Origin: Diadema antillarum | Lineage: Eukaryota | Length of the DNA stretch: 64,000 bases | Assembly (NCBI RefSeq): GCF_040938485.1 | Contig: NW_027271997.1 | Location: 186,001 to 250,000 of the forward strand | Direction: 5' to 3' | Part shown: one piece after another, positions 12,510 to 25,352 of the stretch | How positions within the stretch are numbered: the stretch's first letter is position 1 | Layout: every line of letters starts with the position of its first letter | Made by a program: the position numbers and the translations under genes | The notes under the pieces: generated by a model | Told to the model about the DNA's origin: nothing | Databases searched by the model: none | What the model saw: only the letters and a program-made list of their open reading frames with translations

Positions 12510-14505
12510 GCAGTGATTGATATGAAGAATTATGAACCTGAACAAAAGTGGTATAATATTAGAAAATATATCGCAGACATTTAGATATTCATTTGGCCAA
12601 ATAAGAGATAATCACCGTGTACTAAATCAATTCATGTCAAAAGATATTTGCATTGCACAGGTCTCTTACACTAAGGACAGTTTCTATGGAATTTGTGACT
12701 TGAACTTCACTGTCATCTGGAATTGTCATTTCTCTACCTTTTTGTACTTCTTTTTTATGATTAAATTCCTAGTTATTTGATATTGTTATTTTCTAAGCCT
12801 CCTAATAGGGCTCGACCAGATCTTACAAGTACATACGGTATATAGGATCAACCATCGGGAGTACCGTACAGTCGTGTAGCCTACCCATACTATAATATAA
12901 TGGTTCCTGATCCACCCTAAACTTAATCAAAATGAAAGAGAACCATGTCCAATGAATGGACAGTCTTACCTTTCGTAGCTATTCCACTGCTTCTTCAAAT
13001 TACTTCCACGACTCAAGTGAACAAACAAGCCCAAGATTCCAGACAAATTCGTTAATACGTGAAATGTGGTCTTCAATTTATTTATTTTTTCCTTCACCTA
13101 GACCACGTCACTCTGGAAAATTGCAATCCAATATCAAAATTATTTACAAAAAGAAGAAAACGAAACTTTGGCAGATTTTTTATTGTTCATGGTGATGAGT
13201 ATAATTTGACTTTGTACTGAAATCCCCAATTTGCACTCCGAGTGGGTAACATAATTATTACGCACTTTGTGTCCATCAGTTATTAGATAGAAACTCGCGA
13301 GTATAGACAAAGCTACTTATCTTGTCTCGTTCAGTGGAATCTCTTGCTTTTGATGTACGACCCTGGACAGATTGAGCTGGTCAACTGCTGGAGTACCGAA
13401 GATTTAAAGGTGACACAGCTCTACATTACATAAAAAAAGTGTAAAACCGTCACACGAGTAGGTCAATTATAAAGCATACCAGCGCTATATGGAGGAAAAC
13501 ATGTCCAAAAACGTTCACAGTCTACAAGCACTCCCTCGTTTACCCGACATCAAGGCATATTCAGCAAAACGGTTGATCAATTCACCTCCTCCCCTGACTC
13601 GAATCATTCTGATATACATTTGTTAACGACTGCCCATGCGTAGTAGTAAAGAACTAAAAGATAATAATATATAGAGGAATGCAGAAAAATAGAAGTATAG
13701 ACAAACACAAGAATACGAGAGTGCAAAATAATATAAAATGTTCAAAGAAGCTCTATTAGCTTTTTTTTTCTCTCCCTCTCTCTTTCTCACCCTCTATCTC
13801 TCTCTAAGTATCTATCTCTCCATTTCTGTCTTATTTATTTGATAGCTTATACCCAATCCCCCGTTCTTTCCACTCCCACAAAAGTAGTCTTCCCATGAAC
13901 CATAGCGAATTCATTCATCCATTCATTCTATTTCCACACAGGAACTTGTTTCAGCCACAGGCTGTTCTTCCTCAAGTCCATAATATGATACAGGAACATA
14001 ATACACAAATAACACACACACACACAAAATGAAGTATACAATAAAAAAACACACAAATGGATTCATATTTCCATAAAGTCAGATCAACAGACAATGATTG
14101 TTGACACCAGCAAGAGGGTGGAAGAGATGAAGAGTCAGACAGTCTTAAAATATAAATTCAAACTTCATCCTTTGAATATGTTTTGTGAGTTTTCGTATGG
14201 GATTTTTTTTTTCTGTGATCATTTGACGCTATTAACCGTATATGTTAACTAAACGCCCAAGGCATTTGCTTCCCCACCCCCATAACGTTTTCGTCAATAT
14301 TGTTATTAAAAGTTTATTTTAGACATCAACTCACTGTTATCTTGTTTCATTCACCACATGGGGTTTCAAACTCACTTTTATTTTCTAACTTGCAATGTTT
14401 TTAAACATTTCCATACATGTCTATAGTACGCTATAAATGGCTTTTCTCTACTTTTTTTTTGAGGGGGAGGCGGTAAACATAGAACATAATTATTCAGGTT
14501 ATGTA

Positions 14506-14663
14506 CGCTCTAAGAAAAATAGGTTCAACCTTGCAGGGGTCCAATTTTGCACCTTTCTGGCCGGAAAGGTGCACAATTGCACCCCTAACGGTGCTCCCAG
14601 TGGTCTGATAGTTGCAAAGTACGCACCCGTATAAGTACAAGTCGAACCTTTGTTTTTAGAGTG
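14506..14663. mobile_element. Short MITE with C(A/G)CTCTAA..TTAGAGTG termini (CACTA/EnSpm-like)
   Basis: Inverted termini CGCTCTAAGAAAAATAGGTTC / GAACCTTTGTTTTTAGAGTG and an internal hairpin TGCACCTTTC..GAAAGGTGCA. Confidence 0.55.
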
Positions 14664-15618
14664 AGAGGTATTTGGTTACCATACAATTTTGACTTTATAG
14701 ATGAATGGCTATCGCATAATCTGGTTAGAGTTTATGATTGTAGAATGCGTTCCTTTTAGCTGTAGCTTCGTGTAATTTCTTTATCCGTGTCTCTTTGCAG
14801 TAAATATGAAATGTTTACTTTGATGTCAACATATTGGTGTAAACCGAATACTGTTTGGTCTTCGAATATTTATTTGGTTCACGTAATGCACCTGAAATAG
14901 AATAGAGTAGGACTAAATTTTAATGATTACTCGAATGATATCAAACACTTTATCCTCCCCTCCCCTTCCCCTTCAACAGAGCCGTAAGATTACGCACGTA
15001 AACTTTAAACTGCATTCATCAATGGATTTATTAACAGCACTGTATTAGCTCTATCACTGCTTGTTCTAGAAAGGAATTCGTGAACAGTTCCTTAACGTAA
15101 GTAGGGCTTGTACATGTTCCTTTTATACCAAGTGGTCAGTAACTAAAGCTATTATACATTTTCAGCGGTGTGGGCGTTTGTCACAGAACTCTGGTTTCCT
15201 GCTTGTTACGGCGCCATATGTATGTACGTGTATACATAACAGTATAATGAGAGCATTTTGCGTGTTACTTGCTTTAAGCCCCATTAACATAGACATGCCG
15301 GATCACACCGGATCTGATCCGGGATGACCCGAGGAGAGATCCTTGTTTACGCCTTGGTCATCCCTGGACATCCGGGAGGCCAACACGCAACTTTTGGAGG
15401 TCAAAAACATCCGGCGTCATGCGGGGACTGCCGTGTTGGCCAAGCAATCCGGGATGGCCCGTGTGGCTGCCGTGTATAAGCTGCCGTGTTGATCCGTGTA
15501 GACGCCGCGCTCTTCCGGCATGGACTGTGTACTTCTATTAGTTGCCTCATTATGGGTAACATACAGCGAAAAATTGAGACTTGAGGCAGACGTTGCTCTC
15601 GATCTTGTGCTACCTTTT

Positions 15619-15655
15619 AATCGAGCTGTCGGCCTGTCATCAGGCCTTCAGGATC
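15619..15655 (-). ncRNA. Degenerate minimal type-I hammerhead ribozyme-like motif
   Basis: The - strand reads GATC CTGAAG GCCTG ATGA CAGGC C GACA GC TC GATT: stem I GATC/GATT, 5-bp stem II, palindromic AGCT stem III and UC cleavage site. It has two deviations from the CUGANGA/GAAA core. Confidence 0.35.
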
Positions 15656-16584
15656 TACCATCAGAACGATTATATTAACCTAATGGCATAGTGTGCCATG
15701 ATATATAACGCAGTGTCATATCAATCTTCTGAAAGTATTACCTTTACAATATGCACAAATTAATCATTTGATTCAACGCAAAAATGCAATCTAACATCAT
15801 CTTATCAACAAAAATATATGATGTATCAAAAAATGGAAAAATGATAACAAATAACTCTTATTTCAATTCTTATATCAAACTTCTGAAATATAATAATCAT
15901 GCTTTGCCATCACTAAGCATGAAGATTACAAACAAAATGGTAATAATGTATAAACATATATTCATAAGCATTGTATATTCATATATGCATACATATGCCT
16001 ATGCGTATATTATGTCTTCTTTTCACTATCAACGATATAGATACAAGATATATGAGATAATATTAAGTCATCCGTCTCCCAGCTAAGTCAGTGAGGGTCA
16101 ACCTTGAGGAGTCAGAAATGGGGTTTCCCAGGTAGAAGTTTTCTAGATTCCAGCTTGATTCCAATCAATGTCGGTTTTTGTCTGTTTGTTTTGTTTCATC
16201 ATAATCGCCGCAATAATGATGTGCAAAACTTGATAATTGTATTAGAGACCTATCTGCGAGAAATCTATAAGACGACACAGCATCCTGGGATGGAGAATGG
16301 AAACAACTGTCTCGCGCGTGTGCGGAACACCATTTTTCCTAATAAACGTTGTCTTTTGCGTTCGTGTCGCAGATCTAATTTTTGCCGAAACAAAATGATT
16401 GAGTTTTGCAACTGATTGACAAATTGCCCTTCATCGACGTAAATTCCATCAATTTGAAGGCGGGCCACCAAATTTGCCCTTTTTTGAAATTTGGTGGCGC
16501 GACTTTCATTTTTGGTGGCCCCGAGCCACCGGCCACCGTTAGTGTCGAGCCCTGATATATTAAACACAACTAAGGTACAATAAT

Positions 16585-16960
16585 CAATTCAATTCAATTC
16601 AATTCATTTTATTTTCATACTTCTCATTTATGAACATTACAACAGAAACCAGACAAGTTCTTTTACCTTGTGAACAATGTGCAGAAAACAAACAATATAC
16701 ATGGTGATAACACAGTAATTACATGTAATGATAACTGGTCAAGATCGAAATCGAAATGGGGTTGATCAAAGAGAAGTATGACGGGACCTACATGAAAGCT
16801 AGCTTGTTTGGCTGTAAGCCCCGAGTAATCAGTGTTTGTGAAAAAGAAACGGAGAACGGATAGAAGATAAGACCAGAATGATGATGTAAGGTTGCCAAAT
16901 TTTATGTAATAAAAAAGAAGAAGAAAAAGAAGAAGAAGAAAAACAAACAAACTATACATT
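16585..16960 (-). mobile_element. LINE (L2/CR1 group) 3' UTR fragment
   Basis: On the - strand, a GGGCTTACAGCCAAACAAGCTAGCTTTC..GTAGGTCCC motif and an AATAAAA(TGAAT)n tail. Confidence 0.5.
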
Positions 16961-18239
16961 AATATGAACTTACTGTGACCGAGCCATCATTATTATACAG
17001 CCTACTGTGGTATATATACTATAAACTATTGTTGCATTAAAACTTTCACCAGGATATGATCAGTAAGACACAAAAAGTAACATGTACAACTATTAAGCCA
17101 TTTGGTGCCTGCCGTCAAGCTCTGCATAGAAGGTTAGAGAGGGGCAGAGGGAAAGAGGAAGAGAGGGAAACGAAGTAGAATGTGGAATTGCTAATGATGA
17201 ATTCAGAGAGCCCGATGGCAAGACCCTAAATGGAATCTGCAACGTGTTGACAAAATGTTTGATCGGACAATAACATACCACAGTATTACATAAGACATTA
17301 CGACTGTTCAGTGTCTGCAAAATATGCACTCAATAAAAACTCTTTTAATTTACGTTTAAAGGAATATAAAGACGAGATCGAGATCGTATCGTATCAAGAT
17401 ACGATAAACGCCAGGGCTGTAAGAAGAAGAAGGTATGTAAATATTATATGGGAAAGGAGGGAGAAGGAGAGAGGACTGTGCCCCCCCCCCCCCCATTGTA
17501 ACCAGGCGTCCACTTTACCAAAATGGACAAAAACAAAACAAAAACAGAAACAACATTCTACTTTTCTTTCATACCGTGGTGCGTGTAGCACGTAGTTTGC
17601 AACCTCTTTCATCTCCTTTCTGTCTTTTCGCTACCTCTGTAAGACCAACCTCACAATAATTTTATTGTTAAGTCCACTCCCCCTCCCATTACCAAAGTAC
17701 GTAAATCCCTCAAGTAAGCATTGGCAAGTTTGAATAATTAGCGCGGAATGAGAACGATTGTTTGAGTCAAATTACGTTGAATCGTTGTGTATAAAAACTC
17801 TGACTTGCCCACTTAATGAGATCCAAGACAGACTGGACACTAAAAGGGGGACGGACAGGAAAAATTTCCCATGCTTTGTCTCCGAAATTTACTGCAAACA
17901 TACACCTAAAGTGATGACTGAAAACAGTTCCGCTTGAATTATAGTCCCACGTCTATCCCAGAAAAAATAGACTGATACTCTCATACACACACAAAATAAA
18001 CCACCAACAAAAGAGAACAGAAAAAGTTGATAATGCGGTTGACACCAGCCTATAGGTATATTCGATAGCATGATGACATCAGTTTGGGGTAAATTCATTC
18101 ATTTTTCGTGATCGATCTGCATCGCAAAAAGAAAGAAAGAAAGAAGGGGTGATCTGCACGTATAGAAAGCAGTGACAAGGCGAGGTGTTATATAACCTGA
18201 TTATCTCTGGCTGGGTTGTCTTGCCTTCTGAACTCTTAA

Positions 18240-19238
18240 CCCTATAAAGCCCAAGCTATTTTGACTCTTCCATAGGCCCAAGGAGGGGGGGGGGGATGGG
18301 GCGGGGCACATTGTGTCCCCCAATATAACTTTTTTTTTTTAATAAATATGATGTATGACCGCCGTATTTGGCACATGGGTAGAGCAACTCATACTCTATA
18401 TGACCCGACATTTGAAAATTCTCAAGGTCATCCACTGAGGGCGCTATTAACCAAAATATAAAGAAATACATAGGAAATACACTAAAATCATGTTTTTATT
18501 TTTATTTCTTTATCCCCAGTATATATGTTTCTATTTTATATTGATCATTTTCATATATTACCACAAAGGAAAAGTAAGTCAACCTTCACTATTTGTTATG
18601 GTTGAACTTTCTCAAGGTCAACGTATGGGGGCGCTATTCATTACAATATAAAGAAATATATAAAACCTATGATGTATTGCTTTGAATGGATACATATATT
18701 GGTATCGCATTTCGTATTTTCAAAACATTGAAATTTTGAGTTTGCAGATTGATAATATGATAAACAAATGATATTATAGGCAGAGCTTGTGTGAAGATAA
18801 CACAAAATAAAAGGGTAGTCTTTGGAAAATGCTGTATTTTCGATTATTTCTATCTTATCTATTGTTTGATGCCTATTTCATATAGAAAATAAAGGAAATA
18901 ATAAGGCCATTTCAGGGTAATTCACAACCATAATTACTTCACCTTTGGTCCTTCAGCAAATTACAGCCAAGAATACCCCCATTTCATCCATTATCATATT
19001 ACTAACTGAAATTGGAACAGAAAATCATGCAAAATCTGACGAACATGGTTGTCAGTTTACGGTTTCCATGGCAACCAGCAGTATGGAGCAAAGAAAAATT
19101 ATACATCAAAATGTTCGTAACAAGATTCTAGGTAAAGTCACCAAATTTGGTTGAAATCGGGTAAAGGGTGTAGGAGTTGCAAACGAAAATATGGTGGGGG
19201 CACAGTGTGTCCCCCCCCCCCTCTTGGGCTTTACAGGG
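18240..19238. mobile_element. piggyBac-like non-autonomous element
   Basis: TTAA TSD on both sides (18236-39, 19239-42) and TIRs CCCTATAAAGCCCAAG / CTTGGGCTTTACAGGG, with subterminal GGGCACA(T/G)TGTGTCCCC motifs. Confidence 0.85.
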
Positions 19239-21911
19239 TTAAAGCATTTCTCCAAAGTGTTGCCCGCTTAGAGTAACTCTTGTTTGTTTTCAGAGAAGGA
19301 ATAAGCTTTAGTTACTCAGCCTATGTTCGCTAGTGTATGAACATCCTTTTCCAGTGAAAATGAAGTGATTATGCATTCAAAACTAATGAAAATTTTTCAT
19401 AATTGCACATTTTCCTCCATTTGCTCCCATTATTGTTGAGTTTTAGAAATTCTCCTAAGGCCCCCTTTAGCCCCACCGTTGGTACGGGACTAAGCAAAAA
19501 TTTACCATTTACAAGTGTAAAAAGTCCTAAAGTGAACGAAATTTTTCGCATGTCTCCCCTGCTCGATTTCCCGTTTGATTAATCCCCGTTGAATCTCCCA
19601 GGTGATCACCCCAGTGACTAGCGTGAAAGGGGTACTAAGTATCAATTGGGTTCGCACGTCAAAGCGAACAGCGCCAACTGTTCACACGCGTGCGCCATCT
19701 AGGAGCGCCATCTTGGCAAGATGAGAAGAAAAACCAATTTCAGCTTTGGAAATTGAGAAAGAATGAACAATGTCACTCTTTGAATACAGTCTAAAGTGCC
19801 TGATTTGTATTGACCCGATTGTAACACTTTCTTGCAAGATAATAATATATTCTATGAGTCAAGTTAACATCGTTATTTGCAAATTAAACGTTTATGGGCG
19901 CTTGACGAGGCGATCATTAATTTGTTGGGTGGGATGACAGGGTGAATGGAAAGATATAATCAGAGCGTACATCTTATACTTCACGTAATAACAAAAGGTA
20001 AAATATCGCACGTTGTACATTCAATATTGTCCACGCTGCTGGAGCTCGAAAAACTGGTATCAAAGTTTCCAAATGTTTTGTTCCAAATGTCTTCGTTTGT
20101 ATGGTGTAATCTTACAGGTTCCATTGTCATTCAGTCGCAGAATATTATAGCAAATTGTGATGCTTAGTCCTTTTTCTGTCACTTTTTTCTCTTTATGCCT
20201 TCTAACATGTGATGCATGCCGCTTTGACTAGTGGACTGCTGTTAATCTATGCTCGCTTTTTGGGCTTATAAAGTCTGAACAAAATCTTCTCTCTGGAGAT
20301 TCGTCTGGTACCACACACAGCGGTCACGAGAACCTTTACGCAGCACATGATGTCGAAGGTTGGAAAACATGAAAATTATCTTGTATAGAGAAGTAACTTC
20401 AGGAATTTGTGTTATCTATCTCCCAGTCATTTAGTAAGTCCTTCCCAGACCAGAATCTCAAGATTTTAGTGATATTTTGTACAATCTGCACGTCAGTGGT
20501 TATGAGAGTGATGAAATAAGCAATAAAAACGTTGGCATTTGAAACTGTGGGCGTTCAGTTGTTGATGTACTTGGAAGTGAAGTAAATTAGTACCTCTTTA
20601 TTTTCAGACAGAGTAATTCGCCGTCGGTTAAGTAATTATTGCATATCACTTTATGCAATGATTGCGTGATGGGATTGGATTTAAATTTCAGGAATATTGA
20701 TTTGGAAAATCTTCAGTCCCAGACCTGATAAATAGATCCATCAAGGAAAGGCTTCTGTGAGGCAACTTGCTGGTTGGTTACACTTCTCTGACTTTGCATA
20801 AACTTTCCAAACGTGTTGTGTACACTCCGGTCCTTAACCAGTGAAGTTGAGCAAAGACCCTTGAAGACCATGTTGGGTGAGTACCTACTTATCCTCATGC
20901 TGCATAGTATCTTCCAACCGATCGAAGACCAAAGAAAGGCCGTGGCCTGCAGGCCATGATCTTCTCTCTTGGGGGAATGCAAATTTGGAGCTAAGCAACA
21001 ATGACGTTCCAGTCCATTCTTACTGGTTGACAAAGCGAAAAGCTACACCTAACGATTCCGACCCATACTCTCGCGCCATTCTAAAGCTACTGAACTGTAT
21101 CCAACCACAAGGAGTCGCTGTTTTCAAAGGACAGGTCTATTGTCCCATACCCAATGTGGCGCCCAGTGTATTTGTGCGCATGTACACAATCGCCTTAACA
21201 ACGACAGGGAAAGATTAGGCTTCCCTGACAGCGTTGGAAGATACAGTATGTGGGCCCACGCCGCATTCGTGAGTAATTCTATGTTTGTCGACTTCTTTCG
21301 TGAGTAATTCTACGTGCGTCGACTTCTCACGTCATAATGTGTCAAGGATGACTATGTCGATACGGAATCGTAGATCCGCGTTTGAATAGATGAAATGAAA
21401 ACTATTCATTGATAGCCAGAGATTCAAGAATAGTTTGGACTCTAAACTTTGAGACTAGTTCGACCAAGAAGACCCCTTCAAGAAGCGTTATTTGTTTATC
21501 TTGTTGTGAACTTTATGCACTCATTCGGAATTTTCACTTCATTGGACGCCATTAATTTGTCAGCTCTAGAGAGCTGTGTACATTTTGTGGGGAACAACAT
21601 CGACAAGGAAGCAGTATAAACGTGGACATTGACATACCAGGGATTTTTTTTCAGCTTATGATATTAATGAGTACTGTAAAAAATTCCGCGCATGGGCCTA
21701 CCTGCTGAGCTGATATAACGCACGTCCATAATCGGTAAAAAACTTCGCTGTTTTGCACCGATCCCTGACGCGCTTCTGTGTCCATCATCATGTCATGGTT
21801 CTATGTCTGATTATCTGATCACAACTCGGGATATTTAAAGTGTCTCCCTTTTGGCGATTATCAAAGATTCTGTCATAAACTTTTCATTAGACCTGCATTA
21901 GTGTATGAGCA

Positions 21912-24900
21912 ATGGGATCCGGTGCGTCTAAGAAGAAACCCGACAAAACCATACAGACGAAATTAGCGTAAGTAAATTTATTTCAAGATAATTGTTTTCA
22001 TGTACAGTTTTCGTGATTACTGCTCTGTCAGAAACTGTCAACAAGCTTATCATCCTCCATAAAGCTAGCAAAACAGGGATTTTTACCTATTTTTATGGCA
22101 CTGTCTGCGTGCATACCTGTATAACAAAGGATGTTCCTTACAATATAACCAGAAAGTTTGCGAGGAAGGGGGGTCATCCCACGAGACTGACAACCACGAG
22201 TCACACAGCCCACGAGTTCGACATTGTTAAAAAAAAAGCTCCAATAGTCATACAGCCCAGTTTGGCGATAGGCAATTTTGAAGGCCCATGAGTTCGACAC
22301 ATAAGATAAAACAGACCACGAGTTCGACAACACGGGGTTTACTGTGTCGGTCTCGTGGGCCTTGTTTGCTTAGTGTCAAACTCATTGGCTGTTTAACTCG
22401 TGGGCTGTATGATTCACGGAGTGTGTGGCTCGTGGCCTGTATGATTCATGGGTGATGTGCACTCATGGATTTAATAGCTCATGAGTATGGGTTCTCAAGG
22501 GAAATGTTTTTATACACATACATTTGACACCTACTGAAATTTTCTGTCGTCTTATATTGTACAACATTTGCTAAGATAAAGTATGACATTTGAACATTTT
22601 GGTTTACGGCTTTATTATTGTATAAAGTTTCGTGCTTGTTATACTGTGTTTAAACCTGAATACATAAAGGTAACTAATGGAGCCACACGTATATAGATAA
22701 CTAATTATTTCATACAGCTGCTGTACTCGCGTTCGATTGTTTTCTTTCTTTGTTTGTTTGTTCGTTTGTTTTTATGCAGTCCTTTACAATGGTGTATTGT
22801 AGCTCGTAACCAGAGGATCGATAATCTTAATTATTTTGAAAACCATTCCCTGGGTTTAAAAAATGGATACCTATGGATGATAATGAATGCAGGCTTTAGG
22901 CGTCTGTATTCAGGTCTAGATTTTGGCCATACTTTACATACGGTTTATAAGTTGGGTGGTCATGACCAGGTGGATGGGGTCAAATCCAAACTTGATCATT
23001 CTTCGAAAGATTATCCAGTTCCAGACCGATTTCAAAATGACATGGCAGACGTATTGCAACATAATATGCACTGACGGGAAATAATAAGCATTCACGAATG
23101 TCGTCATGAAGGACCTAACACTTTTACGCGCCTCGATGTTGATGGCAGGACAAAGTAATCGTGATGTCATGTGTGTACAAAAAGCGGGTGTCATAATAAG
23201 TCATGTGTATTTGTATTTCTATTAATTCGCACCAAGAATGTACAAGGGAGCTGATGCTTTTAAATACAGCACTGATTCGTCATCAGTCCCTTCCCTTGTA
23301 GACGCATGAATCTATGATCTTCAGGTATAGTACATGATGTTTGCATTTTTCCGTACCTCATTTCAAAGACCCTCAAAATGGAGATCGTTCTTTTTCGTAC
23401 ATCGCCCCGAAACTTTAAAATTCATCACCCCCCCCCCCCCCATAATAAGCAAATACATAATTTATGTAGTCTTCTTCAAGAAGCATGTTTCTATTCGAAG
23501 GGCTATAAATTTCCATCTGATATTTCTGGCTATCTGCACATAACTTTATCATGAGTGATATAGAACTCTTATACCTTTTGGAAAGGCGCTATATAGCACA
23601 GTGTATGTGTGTATGTACCGGACTATTTCAGAAAATCTAGTATACAAGGTTGTATTCGTAAGCCCTCCATGTGTTCTGTTACCAAACTATTCTTTCATCA
23701 TTCTTACATAAAAAGGGAATAGAGGGAAAGAGGTAGATTATTTTGGAAGAAATTCGCGTATCGTATATCACACTTATCATCTTCTATAATCCACTCTCCT
23801 CGTTATATTTCTGTTCTGAGCTATCAAGACTACACTTGCACGGTCTCTGTTTCTCTCTCCCGTCTCTTGTTCACTAATACATTCAGCAGAAACAAAATTA
23901 AGCTAAATGTTCAGCGAAAATAGTCCTTTTTTCAGCTTTTCTCTAGACTATCCTCTTCTAATGCCATTGGTGTTTTGAAAGAATATTTCCCCATGGTTTT
24001 ACCGCAGAACTCGATTATATACAATTGTGCATCCTGTAAAACTCATCTCAGTGATGTTCAAAACCGAGCCTATTCACTCTGCAAAATGAAGCAAAGTTCT
24101 ACCCAAACCAAATACTCAGCTTAGGGCAGGCAGATGAGGGTAAGAAAATGATTCTGATCTCCATCGGTCCAAGGAGGTTCTAGAGAATGGAGACACAAAT
24201 GTCTAAATATCCTTTGAAGCCAAACAAAATATAGCCAACGTTACAATGTACGTTAGCGATCAAAATGAATTTTCAGATTGCTATGAATAGGCAAGACGAC
24301 ATCATCAAACCCCAATCATCAAAGGCACAATGCACCGGCGGAATAATTTTCTACACAAAACTGTTTGAATGATAAACCAGTTCATAATTAGCTCATGTAC
24401 ACATTGTACAAATAACCTTCCTTTTTTCTAAGTTGGTCAGACACTTCCCTCGTTTTCCAAGCGGTATGATGCATAAACTTGCCCGACATATCAATTTGTG
24501 GAATTTGCGTTCAAACGAAATATGTACAGTGTACTTGCGTTTAGACAAGGTGACCATAATAGTCCATCAGTTGACACTCTAGCAGGCATCTATTTCATTC
24601 TTCTGTATTAAACGCAATAAAAACCTTTTTCATTTGCTATTGCCAAATACCACGCTTGCTGTAAGGTGGATGTGCTGGCAAACACTATAATTTAGATAAG
24701 GATGCTCATCTCAGTGAATTAACAAACCAAAATGCTTGTTGCTAAAAATGACCCTTTTCTGCTCATGCAAAATGTGGAATTACGAACTGGTTATAACTCC
24801 ATCTCTAAATAAAGCTTCTTGATCAGTCCCTGTGGTAGCCTCTTCTCTAATCTACCAACTGACTTCTGCCATTGTAGTGAATGTACATATTCAAATCATT

Positions 24901-25311
24901 ACATACACAAACCAATCAAGAATACGGAACAGAGTTTGACCGGAGGTCATTATAAAAAGAACCAATGAACAGTTACAAGAAGGTGTAAAAGAGAGTACTG
25001 GGAAGTATAGACACATGGAAGAGGAAAGTGGTTGTATAAATGAAAAATAAGCCAAATGTGGATAATTAATCAGGAGTATGTGTGGAAAGTAAACTATAAT
25101 TATGAAAAGCTAAAGAGTTAAATGTAATATATTTCTCAGACAAATTATTAACACTCTCACACTATTTTGCAATCTCTATACAGAGCCGCGCAAGCTTTCA
25201 ATGAAGCAGGGGAGAGAGCGAGAAAGAGGAGAGAAACCGAAAATGTTACCAAAAATGAATCAGGTAAGTTTTTTTTGTTTGATTCTTAGTTTGATTGACT
25301 GGAGAGGGGTT

Positions 25312-25352
<41 letters not shown>

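Noticed and set aside
11600-15220. Scattered exon-like segments (11611-11671, 11810-11940, 12976-13070, 13290-13410, 15166-15219) suggesting a fourth gene
   Set aside because: Some have good splice signals, but I could not join them into a phase-consistent ORF or recognise a protein. Unresolved; RNA-seq is needed.
20680-21240. ORFs 20713-21033 and 20877-21218 as a retroelement or gene remnant
   Set aside because: The composition looks coding-like, but no motif could be assigned with confidence.
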